A stretch of DNA of 64,000 nucleotides from an uncultured virus (IMG/VR IMGVR_UViG_3300032291_003129) (Duplodnaviria; Heunggongvirae; Uroviricota; Caudoviricetes). The notes under the pieces were generated by a model that saw only the letters and a program-made list of their open reading frames with translations, ran no database searches and was not told where the DNA came from. The DNA lies in IMG/VR virus record IMGVR_UViG_3300032291_003129; one strand, written 5' to 3'. Below, one piece after another: positions 51,521-61,453 of this stretch (the first letter of the stretch is position 1; each line of letters opens with the position of its first letter). A program made the translations under genes and the position numbers.

Positions 51521-54500
51521 ATGGGTCAATCATATAGAATAAGGACTGAATTAGGAGTCAACAAAACAATCAATGTACAATTAGACCAACAGTTTGATTT
51601 TTTAGAGATACTTTCTTTAAAACTTCAACAAGAAGACGTGTACACTAGAAGTTGTTCTAACTACGGTGTTGTTGTTGGTAGAATTACTGCAAATAATGGT
51701 TTGGGAGTGCCGAATGCAAGAGTTTCAGTTTTTATTCCAATCACAGATGTTGACCAGTCAAACCCTTTTATTTCAAGTATATATCCTTACAAAACTTTAG
51801 CAGATAAAAATGAAGATGGATATAGATACAATTTATTACCCTACGAACAATCTTACTCAACACATGCAGCAACTGGTACATTTCCGTCAAGACAAGATGT
51901 TTTAACAGGAAATACTGCGATAGAGATTTACGACAAGTATTTTAAGTATACTGCAAAAACAAACGAGAGTGGTGATTACATGATAATGGGAGTTCCATTA
52001 GGTTACCAAACTATGATAACGGATGTGGACTTATCAGATATCGGAGAGTTTTCGTTGACACCTCAAGATTTAGTTAGAATTGGTAGGGCAACACAATCAC
52101 AAGTTGCTGGAGGTAGATTTAGAACTTCGGCTGATTTAAATTCATTACCTCAAATCGTCAGTATTACAAAAAGTTTAGAAGTTTCTCCACTTTGGGGAGA
52201 CCCTGAAGTATGTGATATTGCTGTTAATAGATTAGATTTTGATTTAAGAGATGATGCAAATATTGATATTCAACCAACATCAGTATTCATGGGGTCATTA
52301 TTTTCATCACCAGATGAATATAGAGTTAGAGAAAATTGTGAGCCGAGAGATGATTTAGGTAATTTATGTGAATTAGTTTCAGGGCCTGGTCAAATACTTG
52401 CAATTAGACAAACAATTCAAACAGATATAGATGGTAATCCAGTTTTGGAAGTTTATACTTTAGAAAACTCGGGAAACGTTATTGACCAAGATGGTACTTG
52501 GTTGGTTGAAATACCTATGAATTTAGATTATTTTGTCACAAACGAATTTGGTGAAAAAATATTATCTAACGACCCTACAATCGGTATTCCAACTAAGGCA
52601 AAATATCGATTTAAAGTTAAGTGGGAACAACCTGCGTCATTAACTGAAATGGTTAGAAGGCCATATTATTTAGTACCAAATGTTAAAGAGTATGGATGGA
52701 CAACATCAACTTTGGACCCATCTAATTTAAGTCCAAATTTAAATGCAAAGAAAAAATTAAATAGTTCTTATTATTTTGGGCTTGCGTGGAGTGGGTATAC
52801 GAATGGTTTTATAGGTACTGAATTAACTACAAGATTAAATGATGTAATAAATTGTGAGGATACTTTCTACGAATTCAATTTTAATAAAGTTTATACAGTA
52901 TCTTCATTAATTGATGAATATAAGAAAGGGGTTGGAAAAGGTAAATTTATAGGGATAAAAGAAATTGATGATAATTCTTGTGCAAGTAATGTAAACAAAT
53001 TTCCAGTCAATGACGGATTTAGAAACTTTGATTTGTTATATTTTATATTTTCAATATTATTTTTAGTAATTCAATTAATTGGACTTAACCTCTTAATTGT
53101 TGCTCACATTACATTATTTTTATACAAATTAGTTATTAGCGCATTATGTTTTTTATGTAATATAGACCTCCCTATTGTGGGAAAACCTTTTGGGTTTATA
53201 TGTGACTTACTGCCTGATGGTATATGTAGTGAAGACATTAATACGACCATAAGATTACCAATGATTACTTATCCTGATTGTCAGGCTTGTGATTGTGGTA
53301 CAGATGTTGATTTTAATTCGAATGGAAGTTTGGATTTCCCAACAGGTGGGTTATCATTTTTTTCATCGCCACTTTTTTATCAAAATAGTTTACAACTTTA
53401 TTTTTCGGGTAGTCCAACTGAAGATATAAATACATACGCAAATACATATGCAGTCGCATTTGCGGGATTTCAAGATAATGCATTTAAAAATAATGCGTCG
53501 AGATATAAAATACCAAAATCTAATATAATAAGAGTACCAAGTGTTTCCACTAGTTTTAGATTTGCAGAATCAAAAACATTACCATTAGGTGAAAGAATTA
53601 ATTTATTTAATCAAAGAAGTAATTATTTTACAGGGTTAAATAAAATTAAGGTAACATTCGCAAAAGAATCTAATATTAATAAAAATCACTTTGATAATAC
53701 ATTAACGGTTTTAGCAACACAACAATATAAAACTGGTGATTTAATTACTTTTGTTAATCCGTCAAATTCATTTGATACAAATTACAAATATAGTGCTAGT
53801 ACGGTAAATGGTGTTATTACAGGTATTAGTGGTACATCATACAATAGTAGTGCTGCGACAACTGTTAATATAAGTTATGCAACATCTCAATATGTTAATG
53901 ATACAATATCATATTCGTTACCTTACGGTTCAACAGATACAAATTACAAATACCCTCAAGATATTGAATATTATCAAGTTATTACTGCTATAACAGTGTC
54001 AGACGCTGCTAAAATTTGGACATCAGCAACAACTCAATCAATTGCTAATATTCTTGAATCAAGACAAGATATTAGTTGGTTCTTAGGTTCTGACGCCAAT
54101 GCTGGTTCTCTTTCGGTTACTAACAACGATTCTTTAAAATTTAGTAATTACTTTGATGATTTTAATAATCAATACATATTAATTCTCCAAAGAGGAGTTG
54201 ACCCATATTCACCAAAATATACAAATGAATATAAACTTGGTACAATATTTGGTAGTACTATTGACGACCCTAAATTTACATTTACTGCCCAAACAAGATT
54301 AAATATACCGATTCAAAAATTAACAAATAATACTATTTCAGTACAATCATTTGCTAATCAAAGTGAAATTTTTTATCAATCATATTTCTTCAAACCTGGC
54401 ATTGTTGGAAGTACAACACCTGGTTTACAATATACGGGATATACATCAAGTTCAGTTGGATATTATGGAAGTATAGACGCTCAAAATACAAATGCAATTT

Positions 54501-56275
54501 ATACTAATGTGTCAAGTACATCCGTTTACACTAAAACAAGTAACGGATTTTATCTATCAACACCTAATAGTGGTAAATACGATTTAAGTGAAGATATTAC
54601 ATCTATGGGTATTATGACAGTTAATGCCGCTGGCGGAACATTTGGACAAACAGGAGGCTCAACAACAATTGCAAATTGGAGTGATGTTTCATATTACTAT
54701 TATACACAATCTTTATATTCAAATTTATTAACAAATCCAATGTTGATAAATAATTCAGTTAATAATGTAATGAGGACTGATAGACTCCCAACTTCAGACA
54801 GACTTGACGGAGGTTCATGGAGTGGTAATCCTTCAATATTACAACAAAACTTAAATTTTGGTGTTTATATTATTAGTGATGCGGGTGATGACATTGTAAC
54901 TACAACTTATACTACAGGTGCAGACCAAGTTACACCTGTTATTGAAGGATTACCAAATTCATTTAAAGTTTTAGACAGTTTCAGTTGTGAAAATATGGTC
55001 GGACTAACTTGTTATGAAGGTTTTGGTGATAATTTTAATATTAACACAGGATGTACGACCTCAGATGCAGTTGAAAAAGGATGTTATATGTTTTTAAGAA
55101 AACCTTTAACTGATTTATTTAAAGATTTAGATAATTTTTCAGAATGGGGGTATCGTTTTAGATTCTTTTATGGTTTATGTAGAGGAGTTTTATCACAATC
55201 TTTTGTGAATAACTGGATTAACGGGGCATTATATGCATTTCCGATTCAAGTGGATACATATTTTGACCAACAGAATAAACCATTACCTCCTGAATATTGT
55301 AAAGATTTAGCTCATTTCGATTCAAATACAAATAATTTTTATTTTAGAAGTAGTCCATATAGTATTGCAAATAATAAATTTGTTGGAAAAAAAACTTCAA
55401 ATGTCGGTGCAATTAATGATGTCAATCTTTTATTCCCAACAACTATAATTAATTTAGGGTTTAAAGATTCTTTCTATTCTGAAATAGTATTTGACCCAGC
55501 AACAAAGGCATATATAATACCTAATATTAATCCTACAAGTTATTCGGACACATCTGATTTGGTTAATCTTTTTGTTATATCAAGAATCACAGATGAAACT
55601 TTTTTAAGTAGAATAATATCATTTGGAGATAATTCATTGAATCAATTGTTCTCAAGACCATATAGAAGAATTGATGGGGATTTAGCACAATTAATGTCTA
55701 TTAACTCTGAAGTGGGAAATATTAGTTTTTCACCTCAATTTTATAGTAGTGTGAGTGGTGCTCCAATGACAATATTAGGAACTGCTAGTGACCCAATTAT
55801 TGCGGTATGGTTTTCGTCCACAACTGAAAACCTTCAGACAAAAGATTATTTGACACCTGGTAGAATTAATTTTAGAAGTGATAATAACGTTAATAATTAC
55901 CCATATCCATATGGAATAAAATCACAAGTAGTACCATTCTATCAATGGAGATTAGCAAATACCTCAACAATATTTGGTAATCAGAATAATACATGGGCAA
56001 CTAACGAAAGTGAAATTGTGCAAAATAGACCATACCAATCTTTAGATAGAACAAGTTTGACAACACCGAATTATTTTAGAAATACCAATTCAAGTGTAAG
56101 TGATTTATATGCAAGAGGTTACATTTTTAGTGTGGATGCAAATGGAAACTATAGTCAGACAGGAGCATCAAGTAGTAAATTTATTGTAGGTGCTCCATTC
56201 CAATTTTATTTTGGAACGGTAAAAGGTGCCACAGCATTAGATAAATTCAAAACAAAATACTCAATAGGTGAATAA
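51521..56275 (+). CDS. Large putative structural protein with an internal hydrophobic (TM-like) segment
   Basis: 1584 aa following gp6. N-terminal VVVGRITANNGLGVPNARVSVF resembles a carboxypeptidase-regulatory-like beta sandwich. Internal hydrophobic stretch LLYFIFSILFLVIQLIGLNLLIVAH. Confidence 0.7.
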   Translation: MGQSYRIRTELGVNKTINVQLDQQFDFLEILSLKLQQEDVYTRSCSNYGVVVGRITANNGLGVPNARVSVFIPITDVDQSNPFISSIYPYKTLADKNEDGYRYNLLPYEQSYSTHAATGTFPSRQDVLTGNTAIEIYDKYFKYTAKTNESGDYMIMGVPLGYQTMITDVDLSDIGEFSLTPQDLVRIGRATQSQVAGGRFRTSADLNSLPQIVSITKSLEVSPLWGDPEVCDIAVNRLDFDLRDDANIDIQPTSVFMGSLFSSPDEYRVRENCEPRDDLGNLCELVSGPGQILAIRQTIQTDIDGNPVLEVYTLENSGNVIDQDGTWLVEIPMNLDYFVTNEFGEKILSNDPTIGIPTKAKYRFKVKWEQPASLTEMVRRPYYLVPNVKEYGWTTSTLDPSNLSPNLNAKKKLNSSYYFGLAWSGYTNGFIGTELTTRLNDVINCEDTFYEFNFNKVYTVSSLIDEYKKGVGKGKFIGIKEIDDNSCASNVNKFPVNDGFRNFDLLYFIFSILFLVIQLIGLNLLIVAHITLFLYKLVISALCFLCNIDLPIVGKPFGFICDLLPDGICSEDINTTIRLPMITYPDCQACDCGTDVDFNSNGSLDFPTGGLSFFSSPLFYQNSLQLYFSGSPTEDINTYANTYAVAFAGFQDNAFKNNASRYKIPKSNIIRVPSVSTSFRFAESKTLPLGERINLFNQRSNYFTGLNKIKVTFAKESNINKNHFDNTLTVLATQQYKTGDLITFVNPSNSFDTNYKYSASTVNGVITGISGTSYNSSAATTVNISYATSQYVNDTISYSLPYGSTDTNYKYPQDIEYYQVITAITVSDAAKIWTSATTQSIANILESRQDISWFLGSDANAGSLSVTNNDSLKFSNYFDDFNNQYILILQRGVDPYSPKYTNEYKLGTIFGSTIDDPKFTFTAQTRLNIPIQKLTNNTISVQSFANQSEIFYQSYFFKPGIVGSTTPGLQYTGYTSSSVGYYGSIDAQNTNAIYTNVSSTSVYTKTSNGFYLSTPNSGKYDLSEDITSMGIMTVNAAGGTFGQTGGSTTIANWSDVSYYYYTQSLYSNLLTNPMLINNSVNNVMRTDRLPTSDRLDGGSWSGNPSILQQNLNFGVYIISDAGDDIVTTTYTTGADQVTPVIEGLPNSFKVLDSFSCENMVGLTCYEGFGDNFNINTGCTTSDAVEKGCYMFLRKPLTDLFKDLDNFSEWGYRFRFFYGLCRGVLSQSFVNNWINGALYAFPIQVDTYFDQQNKPLPPEYCKDLAHFDSNTNNFYFRSSPYSIANNKFVGKKTSNVGAINDVNLLFPTTIINLGFKDSFYSEIVFDPATKAYIIPNINPTSYSDTSDLVNLFVISRITDETFLSRIISFGDNSLNQLFSRPYRRIDGDLAQLMSINSEVGNISFSPQFYSSVSGAPMTILGTASDPIIAVWFSSTTENLQTKDYLTPGRINFRSDNNVNNYPYPYGIKSQVVPFYQWRLANTSTIFGNQNNTWATNESEIVQNRPYQSLDRTSLTTPNYFRNTNSSVSDLYARGYIFSVDANGNYSQTGASSSKFIVGAPFQFYFGTVKGATALDKFKTKYSIGE

Positions 56276-57962
56276 GTATACTATAATACCAAGTAGTCAA
56301 GAATATAAGTCAGCACCTTTTGTTGACCAAGAGATTGCGGTTTCATTAGAAGAACAAAGTCAACAAATGGTTGAATATGACAGAAGTCAAAGTATTAGTT
56401 TGGCTCAAGTTTTTGACGAGGAAAGACAAGCTTCTACTGTATTCAGACCAACATTTAAAGTAAGTTATTTGTATGATAACACCTACACAGGTAGTACTAA
56501 TTATAATCCATTTTTAAATAATTTATATTATGTTGACCCTGTTAATTCTATGTCAACTAATATATGGAAAGGTTTACCACAATATTATGAATTTGATTTT
56601 TATAGACCCAATGTTCAAGACCAACATGTGGACTATAAAGCAATAAGTGCTTATACGTATAATTGGACTTATTATATGAGTTATGCGTATAGAAACAATT
56701 ATGATAAACAATTATTTTATACTTTAGATAACAATAATTTAACGTGGACTGCTTCTACAGGTATACCATTTACAATTAATAATTCAGTACAAAATGGTAG
56801 TGGATTAATTGCGTTTCAATGTATTGCTCCTCATGGATTGATTGAAGGTGAATATGTTGAGTTATCGTTTTCATATAATGGAAATAATTTGTTTCAAGTG
56901 TTCTCTTTAGGGAATGATAGTTTTGGTAGTGAGATATATGTGTTTAACATTTATAATCTTGGATATACAGGAACAACATTTGCAAATAGTACGTCAGGAA
57001 CTTTTAAAAGAGTAATTAACCCTGAAAATATTTTAGAAACAACTTCAAAATATTATGTTAGAGAACATAAAATACTAACAAATGTTAATGATTGTATTAT
57101 GACTAAAAATGCGTTTGAAAAAAACGTATATAATGAAGATAAAAAATTTGAATATAGTTCAATAACACCTAATAAAGTCTCAAGAATATCTCAAAAGAAT
57201 AGTAGTAATGTTTATAATATAACAGTTAACTATGATTTAAATTTATTGAATGTTTTAGATAATCAAAAAAGGCCTGTTAGTGAATTATTCTTAACCGTTA
57301 TTAATAAAGGCTATACAGGATATTTTAATAAACCTAATAATGGGATTGGTTTAAAACAAGGATGGGAATTCAATTTAACTAACACGACTAATTCTTGGTG
57401 GGATTTGAATAATACTAATTCAAATACAAATATACAAACTTCGGATTACACTTTAACAAATGGAGCAACCAAAACATTCTATTTCAATCAAGATTTAATG
57501 TCGGGTGATACTATTGATGGAGATTTTTGTGAGTGGAATGATTATGAACAATTAGAAAGAGTTATATCTCCTTATTATCATAAATTAAAGTATAATGAAG
57601 ATGTGTTTCAAACAACAAATACTTCAAGTACAAACGCTCCTGGGTATTATTATGGGCCGCACCACTCAATGCAAATAAGAGTATTTTCTGATTATATAGA
57701 AACTGGCGATTTACAATTTATTGACCAAGTACCAAGTTATTCTTATTACTCAAGTTCTGACCAAGAATTTAGATGGAGAGAAATATATACTTATGGTTTT
57801 ATAGACAATCTTGGGAGAGGAGTTAATTATCCATTTTTGAATAGTGCTCAATATCCTTTTGGAGATATTGTATTTAGATTAATACCTGAAGGAATAAATT
57901 ATAATGCCGATTTACTTGGTATTTCATACCCTTACAAACCGTTAATAGATGGATGTGAATAA
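56268..57962 (+). CDS. Putative structural protein
   Basis: 564 aa, overlap-coupled within the baseplate operon. Contains an APHGL..GEYVEL motif. Confidence 0.65.
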   Translation: MNKYTIIPSSQEYKSAPFVDQEIAVSLEEQSQQMVEYDRSQSISLAQVFDEERQASTVFRPTFKVSYLYDNTYTGSTNYNPFLNNLYYVDPVNSMSTNIWKGLPQYYEFDFYRPNVQDQHVDYKAISAYTYNWTYYMSYAYRNNYDKQLFYTLDNNNLTWTASTGIPFTINNSVQNGSGLIAFQCIAPHGLIEGEYVELSFSYNGNNLFQVFSLGNDSFGSEIYVFNIYNLGYTGTTFANSTSGTFKRVINPENILETTSKYYVREHKILTNVNDCIMTKNAFEKNVYNEDKKFEYSSITPNKVSRISQKNSSNVYNITVNYDLNLLNVLDNQKRPVSELFLTVINKGYTGYFNKPNNGIGLKQGWEFNLTNTTNSWWDLNNTNSNTNIQTSDYTLTNGATKTFYFNQDLMSGDTIDGDFCEWNDYEQLERVISPYYHKLKYNEDVFQTTNTSSTNAPGYYYGPHHSMQIRVFSDYIETGDLQFIDQVPSYSYYSSSDQEFRWREIYTYGFIDNLGRGVNYPFLNSAQYPFGDIVFRLIPEGINYNADLLGISYPYKPLIDGCE

Positions 57963-58770
57963 AATACAAATAATGCAGAACGGATTTGTTGATAAACAAA
58001 TCACAATACCTGTGCAATTAAGTTGGGATTATTTGGGTTTGGACCAAAGTATTGATGAATACGAAACAGAAGTCATCACACAAGTTATTGGTGTTGGAAG
58101 AGACTTTGAGGTTAGTAGATTTCCACATGCACCTGAATCAGGGGATACTAATAATACAGATATTAAATACCAATTTTATTTTTATTCGGGGGGTTCATTG
58201 AACGATGAATCTAATTGGAAAGTTGATTATAGAATGGAAGGGTTTACTACTCAAGAAATTTACTATTATAGTAATGGTTTTTCTAATTCATTTTTTAAAT
58301 TAGACTTGTATGATAATGTGGACCCAAAAAAACAAACAAATTATATAACAATTATATTACCAACACAACAAGGTTTGAAAATGGATGCTCTTATGCAAAG
58401 AACACCTGTAACGATTAAAAAACCTGATTATGTTTTGGACTATGTTGGTGATAAAGAAGGGTTTTTTATTTATTGGTTGAAGAAAAGAAGATTCTTAGAT
58501 ATTAGCACATTCTTTATGAGCGCAAAGTTTTATGACGCTCAGAAAGGACAATTTATCAAAATGATGAATATGCCTCAATCATCTATTTCGGGTGATAAGT
58601 ACTCTTTTGATAGCTCACAGTTTTTCTATTATAGAGTTGAGTTAGACTATGAAAAACACAATTATAATGTGTTTAATATGAATAATAACCAAACAATATA
58701 TGATGCAACTTATCAAAGAGCAGGGACATTGGTACCCATAAAATGGTATGAATACGTAAATGCTAACTAA
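57949..58770 (+). CDS. Putative structural protein
   Basis: 273 aa, overlap-coupled within the baseplate operon. Confidence 0.65.
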   Translation: MDVNKIQIMQNGFVDKQITIPVQLSWDYLGLDQSIDEYETEVITQVIGVGRDFEVSRFPHAPESGDTNNTDIKYQFYFYSGGSLNDESNWKVDYRMEGFTTQEIYYYSNGFSNSFFKLDLYDNVDPKKQTNYITIILPTQQGLKMDALMQRTPVTIKKPDYVLDYVGDKEGFFIYWLKKRRFLDISTFFMSAKFYDAQKGQFIKMMNMPQSSISGDKYSFDSSQFFYYRVELDYEKHNYNVFNMNNNQTIYDATYQRAGTLVPIKWYEYVNAN

Positions 58771-59852
58771 TGGAAGATTTATATAATATTATAATTTCGC
58801 CTGAAACCATTAAGGGGGACCTTTCAACAGTAACTTATAGTGGTGTTTCTGTAGGAGTTTACTCTGCAATGACTCAAGTTGTCAGCTCAGGTACTGACGG
58901 GTCGTCAACATTAACTGGATTAACAATTCCAATTCTAATAAGACAAACCGCGGTTGATGTAGGGTATTATAGTCCATTTGATGGTGCAATATTACAAAAA
59001 GATGTAGTTGCAAATTTCATCTTTTCTTCAACAACATCAAACCCTTATGTTTATAATGTATATAACACTTCAAGTGAGTTTCAAAAATTCCTTGACTTAT
59101 CTGCTTATAAAGTAGATTGGGGTGATAATTCACCAAAACAAACAATTACAAGTTATACGCCTGATTCACTTAGTCATACATATGCAACGGCTAATGCTCA
59201 ATATACAATAGTTTTAGAACAAACAAATCCATGGGGTGTAACAAAAGTTGCTAAGACAATTACAACACCATATGAGAATGTTGTGATTAATAATCCAAAT
59301 GGAGAAGCATTCTTTATACCTGCAGGTGGTAATTGGTTGAATACGCCAATAAGTTATGATTACATATTCTCAGGAGATGCTGTTAATGAAATTTCCGCCC
59401 AAACCTCAAACAATTATGTGACGGTCCCATTTACAATATCAGGACTAACCAAGTCAAGAATAACTGAATTAGCTTTATACGGTACTCCAAAATATCAAGT
59501 AGGTGTTCCTGTAATTAAGAATGGTCAAATATGGGGAGCTATCAGTGATATGAATTTAATATTTACAGCATATACTGTTCAAGAAGTTAACTACTATGAC
59601 TATAATGATGGTACAACAATATTTTTTGAACAATCTTCAGGATTTACTCAAAATAATTTATCACAAAGACCAATAACAAAAGAGGAAGTTTTATTGAGGG
59701 TTATTGACCAACCACAGATACAAACTAATGTTTTTGTAGAGAGAGGAAAGAATTCAGCATACGAAAGAATTCAAAGATTAGGTGAGGTTGATAATTTGGG
59801 TGATATGATAAACTATGGGTATAGTTTTTTTAATGTTACGAAAAAAGAATAA
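58770..59852 (+). CDS. Putative structural protein with a PKD-like motif
   Basis: VDWGDNS...SHTY...YTIVL pattern. Confidence 0.6.
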   Translation: MEDLYNIIISPETIKGDLSTVTYSGVSVGVYSAMTQVVSSGTDGSSTLTGLTIPILIRQTAVDVGYYSPFDGAILQKDVVANFIFSSTTSNPYVYNVYNTSSEFQKFLDLSAYKVDWGDNSPKQTITSYTPDSLSHTYATANAQYTIVLEQTNPWGVTKVAKTITTPYENVVINNPNGEAFFIPAGGNWLNTPISYDYIFSGDAVNEISAQTSNNYVTVPFTISGLTKSRITELALYGTPKYQVGVPVIKNGQIWGAISDMNLIFTAYTVQEVNYYDYNDGTTIFFEQSSGFTQNNLSQRPITKEEVLLRVIDQPQIQTNVFVERGKNSAYERIQRLGEVDNLGDMINYGYSFFNVTKKE

Positions 59853-59869
59853 AGGGTATTTATAAGAAT

Positions 59870-60535
59870 ATGAAAGTTTGTAATAAATGTAATACTGAAA
59901 AAACTTTAGAAGATTTTACTTATCGTAAAGATACTGAACAATATGAAAGTATATGTTGTGATTGTGTTAAACAATATAATAGAGAATACTATATCAAAAA
60001 TAAAAAAAAAATAATAGATAGAAGTAATTTATATTATAAAGAAAATACTCAAAATGTTTTGAGAGTTACAAAAAAATATAGAGAAAATAATATTGAGAAA
60101 GTAAAACAAAGAAAGTCAGATTATCATATTAAAAATAGTGAAAAGATTAAAGAAAAAACTAAAAATTGGCGAAAAGAAAATAAAGAAAAAAGAAATAAAA
60201 CAGAAAGAGAGAGACGAAAAAATAATACTTCACATAAATTAGTTCATTATTTAAGAGTAAGAACTAATTTTTATATTAAAAAAATGAATATAAGTAAATG
60301 TAATCCATCATTAAAAATTATTGGGTGTTCTCCTGAGTTTCTTAAAGAATATATTGAAAAAAAATTTACAGATGGAATGTGTTGGGATAGAATGGGAAAA
60401 GAGATACATATTGACCATATAATTCCATTATCTTCTGCTAAATCTGAAGACGAGATTTATAAATTGTGTCATTATACAAATCTTCAACCTTTATGGGCTG
60501 AAGACAATTTAAAAAAAAGTAATAAAATATTATAA
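59870..60535 (+). CDS. Free-standing HNH endonuclease (homing-endonuclease-like)
   Basis: N-terminal CxxC...CxxC, Lys/Arg-rich helix, and HIDHIIP...NLQPLWAEDNLKKSN. Conspicuously A-rich compared with the flanks. Confidence 0.88.
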   Translation: MKVCNKCNTEKTLEDFTYRKDTEQYESICCDCVKQYNREYYIKNKKKIIDRSNLYYKENTQNVLRVTKKYRENNIEKVKQRKSDYHIKNSEKIKEKTKNWRKENKEKRNKTERERRKNNTSHKLVHYLRVRTNFYIKKMNISKCNPSLKIIGCSPEFLKEYIEKKFTDGMCWDRMGKEIHIDHIIPLSSAKSEDEIYKLCHYTNLQPLWAEDNLKKSNKIL

Positions 60536-60544
60536 AGAAAAAAA

Positions 60545-61453
60545 ATGGCAATAGGTTCATATGGTACTATAAGACCTTCAGACGTAAGTCCTGAAGATGT
60601 ACAAATTTTGTTAAATTACACACCATCAAGAGATGTTACGGATAACTTTGTCCTTACTGAACTTGATGCTCAAACTATATTAAAACCTTATTTCAATAAT
60701 ACTGAAACAGGAGGTAATGCTGGCGTTGAGGTTCTTGGTGGATTATATAATTTAACATTACCTGCGGAACAATTCAATGCTCTTGGATTCTACACACTTT
60801 ATTTAAGACCCGCACAAATTAGAACTGTAATTACAGATTGCGGAGTGTTGAGTGCATTACCGAACGTAAAAGGAATTATAATTGATGTTACTAATGTACC
60901 TGTACAATATCAAAATAAATTTGTACCTCAAGGTTTAGTAGGGTTTAGAATTGAGTATTTAAATTCCGATGGGTCAAAAATACCTAACTTCTTTAGAGTT
61001 GTTACATCATCTTTCTTTTGTGAGCCAGTAGTAATTAATGAAGTTAATACAACACAAAAATCTGTGAGATATAGATATGTTGATGGCACATCTAATTTAA
61101 TTTTCTTAACACTTTCACCATCATCTTCACCAACAAATAAGCCAAACGCAACACCGTATATTGGACAACCAAGTCAGAATATTATCATAACTAATACATT
61201 CTTCAATCCTGTAACATTAGAGGTTGAAATGGTTGAATACGATATTTCATCTCTTGCAATTGCTCTTTATGGTAATCAAACTAAGTCTATTGATGATGGT
61301 ATCTACACAATTTACGATAGTGAAGATAACATCTACAGACAATACAACTTGTATGAGATTAGAGACCAATTTAACGCATTATTGTATGAGGTTAGACAGA
61401 GTAGAGGAAATAATATTGATTTCAGTAAAAACTTCACAAATATAACCACTTAA
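60545..61453 (+). CDS. Putative structural protein
   Basis: 302-aa ORF in the baseplate operon. Confidence 0.65.
   Translation: MAIGSYGTIRPSDVSPEDVQILLNYTPSRDVTDNFVLTELDAQTILKPYFNNTETGGNAGVEVLGGLYNLTLPAEQFNALGFYTLYLRPAQIRTVITDCGVLSALPNVKGIIIDVTNVPVQYQNKFVPQGLVGFRIEYLNSDGSKIPNFFRVVTSSFFCEPVVINEVNTTQKSVRYRYVDGTSNLIFLTLSPSSSPTNKPNATPYIGQPSQNIIITNTFFNPVTLEVEMVEYDISSLAIALYGNQTKSIDDGIYTIYDSEDNIYRQYNLYEIRDQFNALLYEVRQSRGNNIDFSKNFTNITT

Larger units (their letters stand above)
1931..59864. promoter_or_regulatory. Dispersed, gene-oriented TATTTAT(A) motif upstream of many genes (candidate late promoter)
   Basis: Plus strand at 1931, 3314, 4145, 9013, 17111, 19343, 23524, 24060, 25028, 26911, 39500, 49075, 49101, 51498 and 59857. 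Minus strand at 13726, 15296, 17089 and 19298, before minus-strand genes. Confidence 0.7.
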
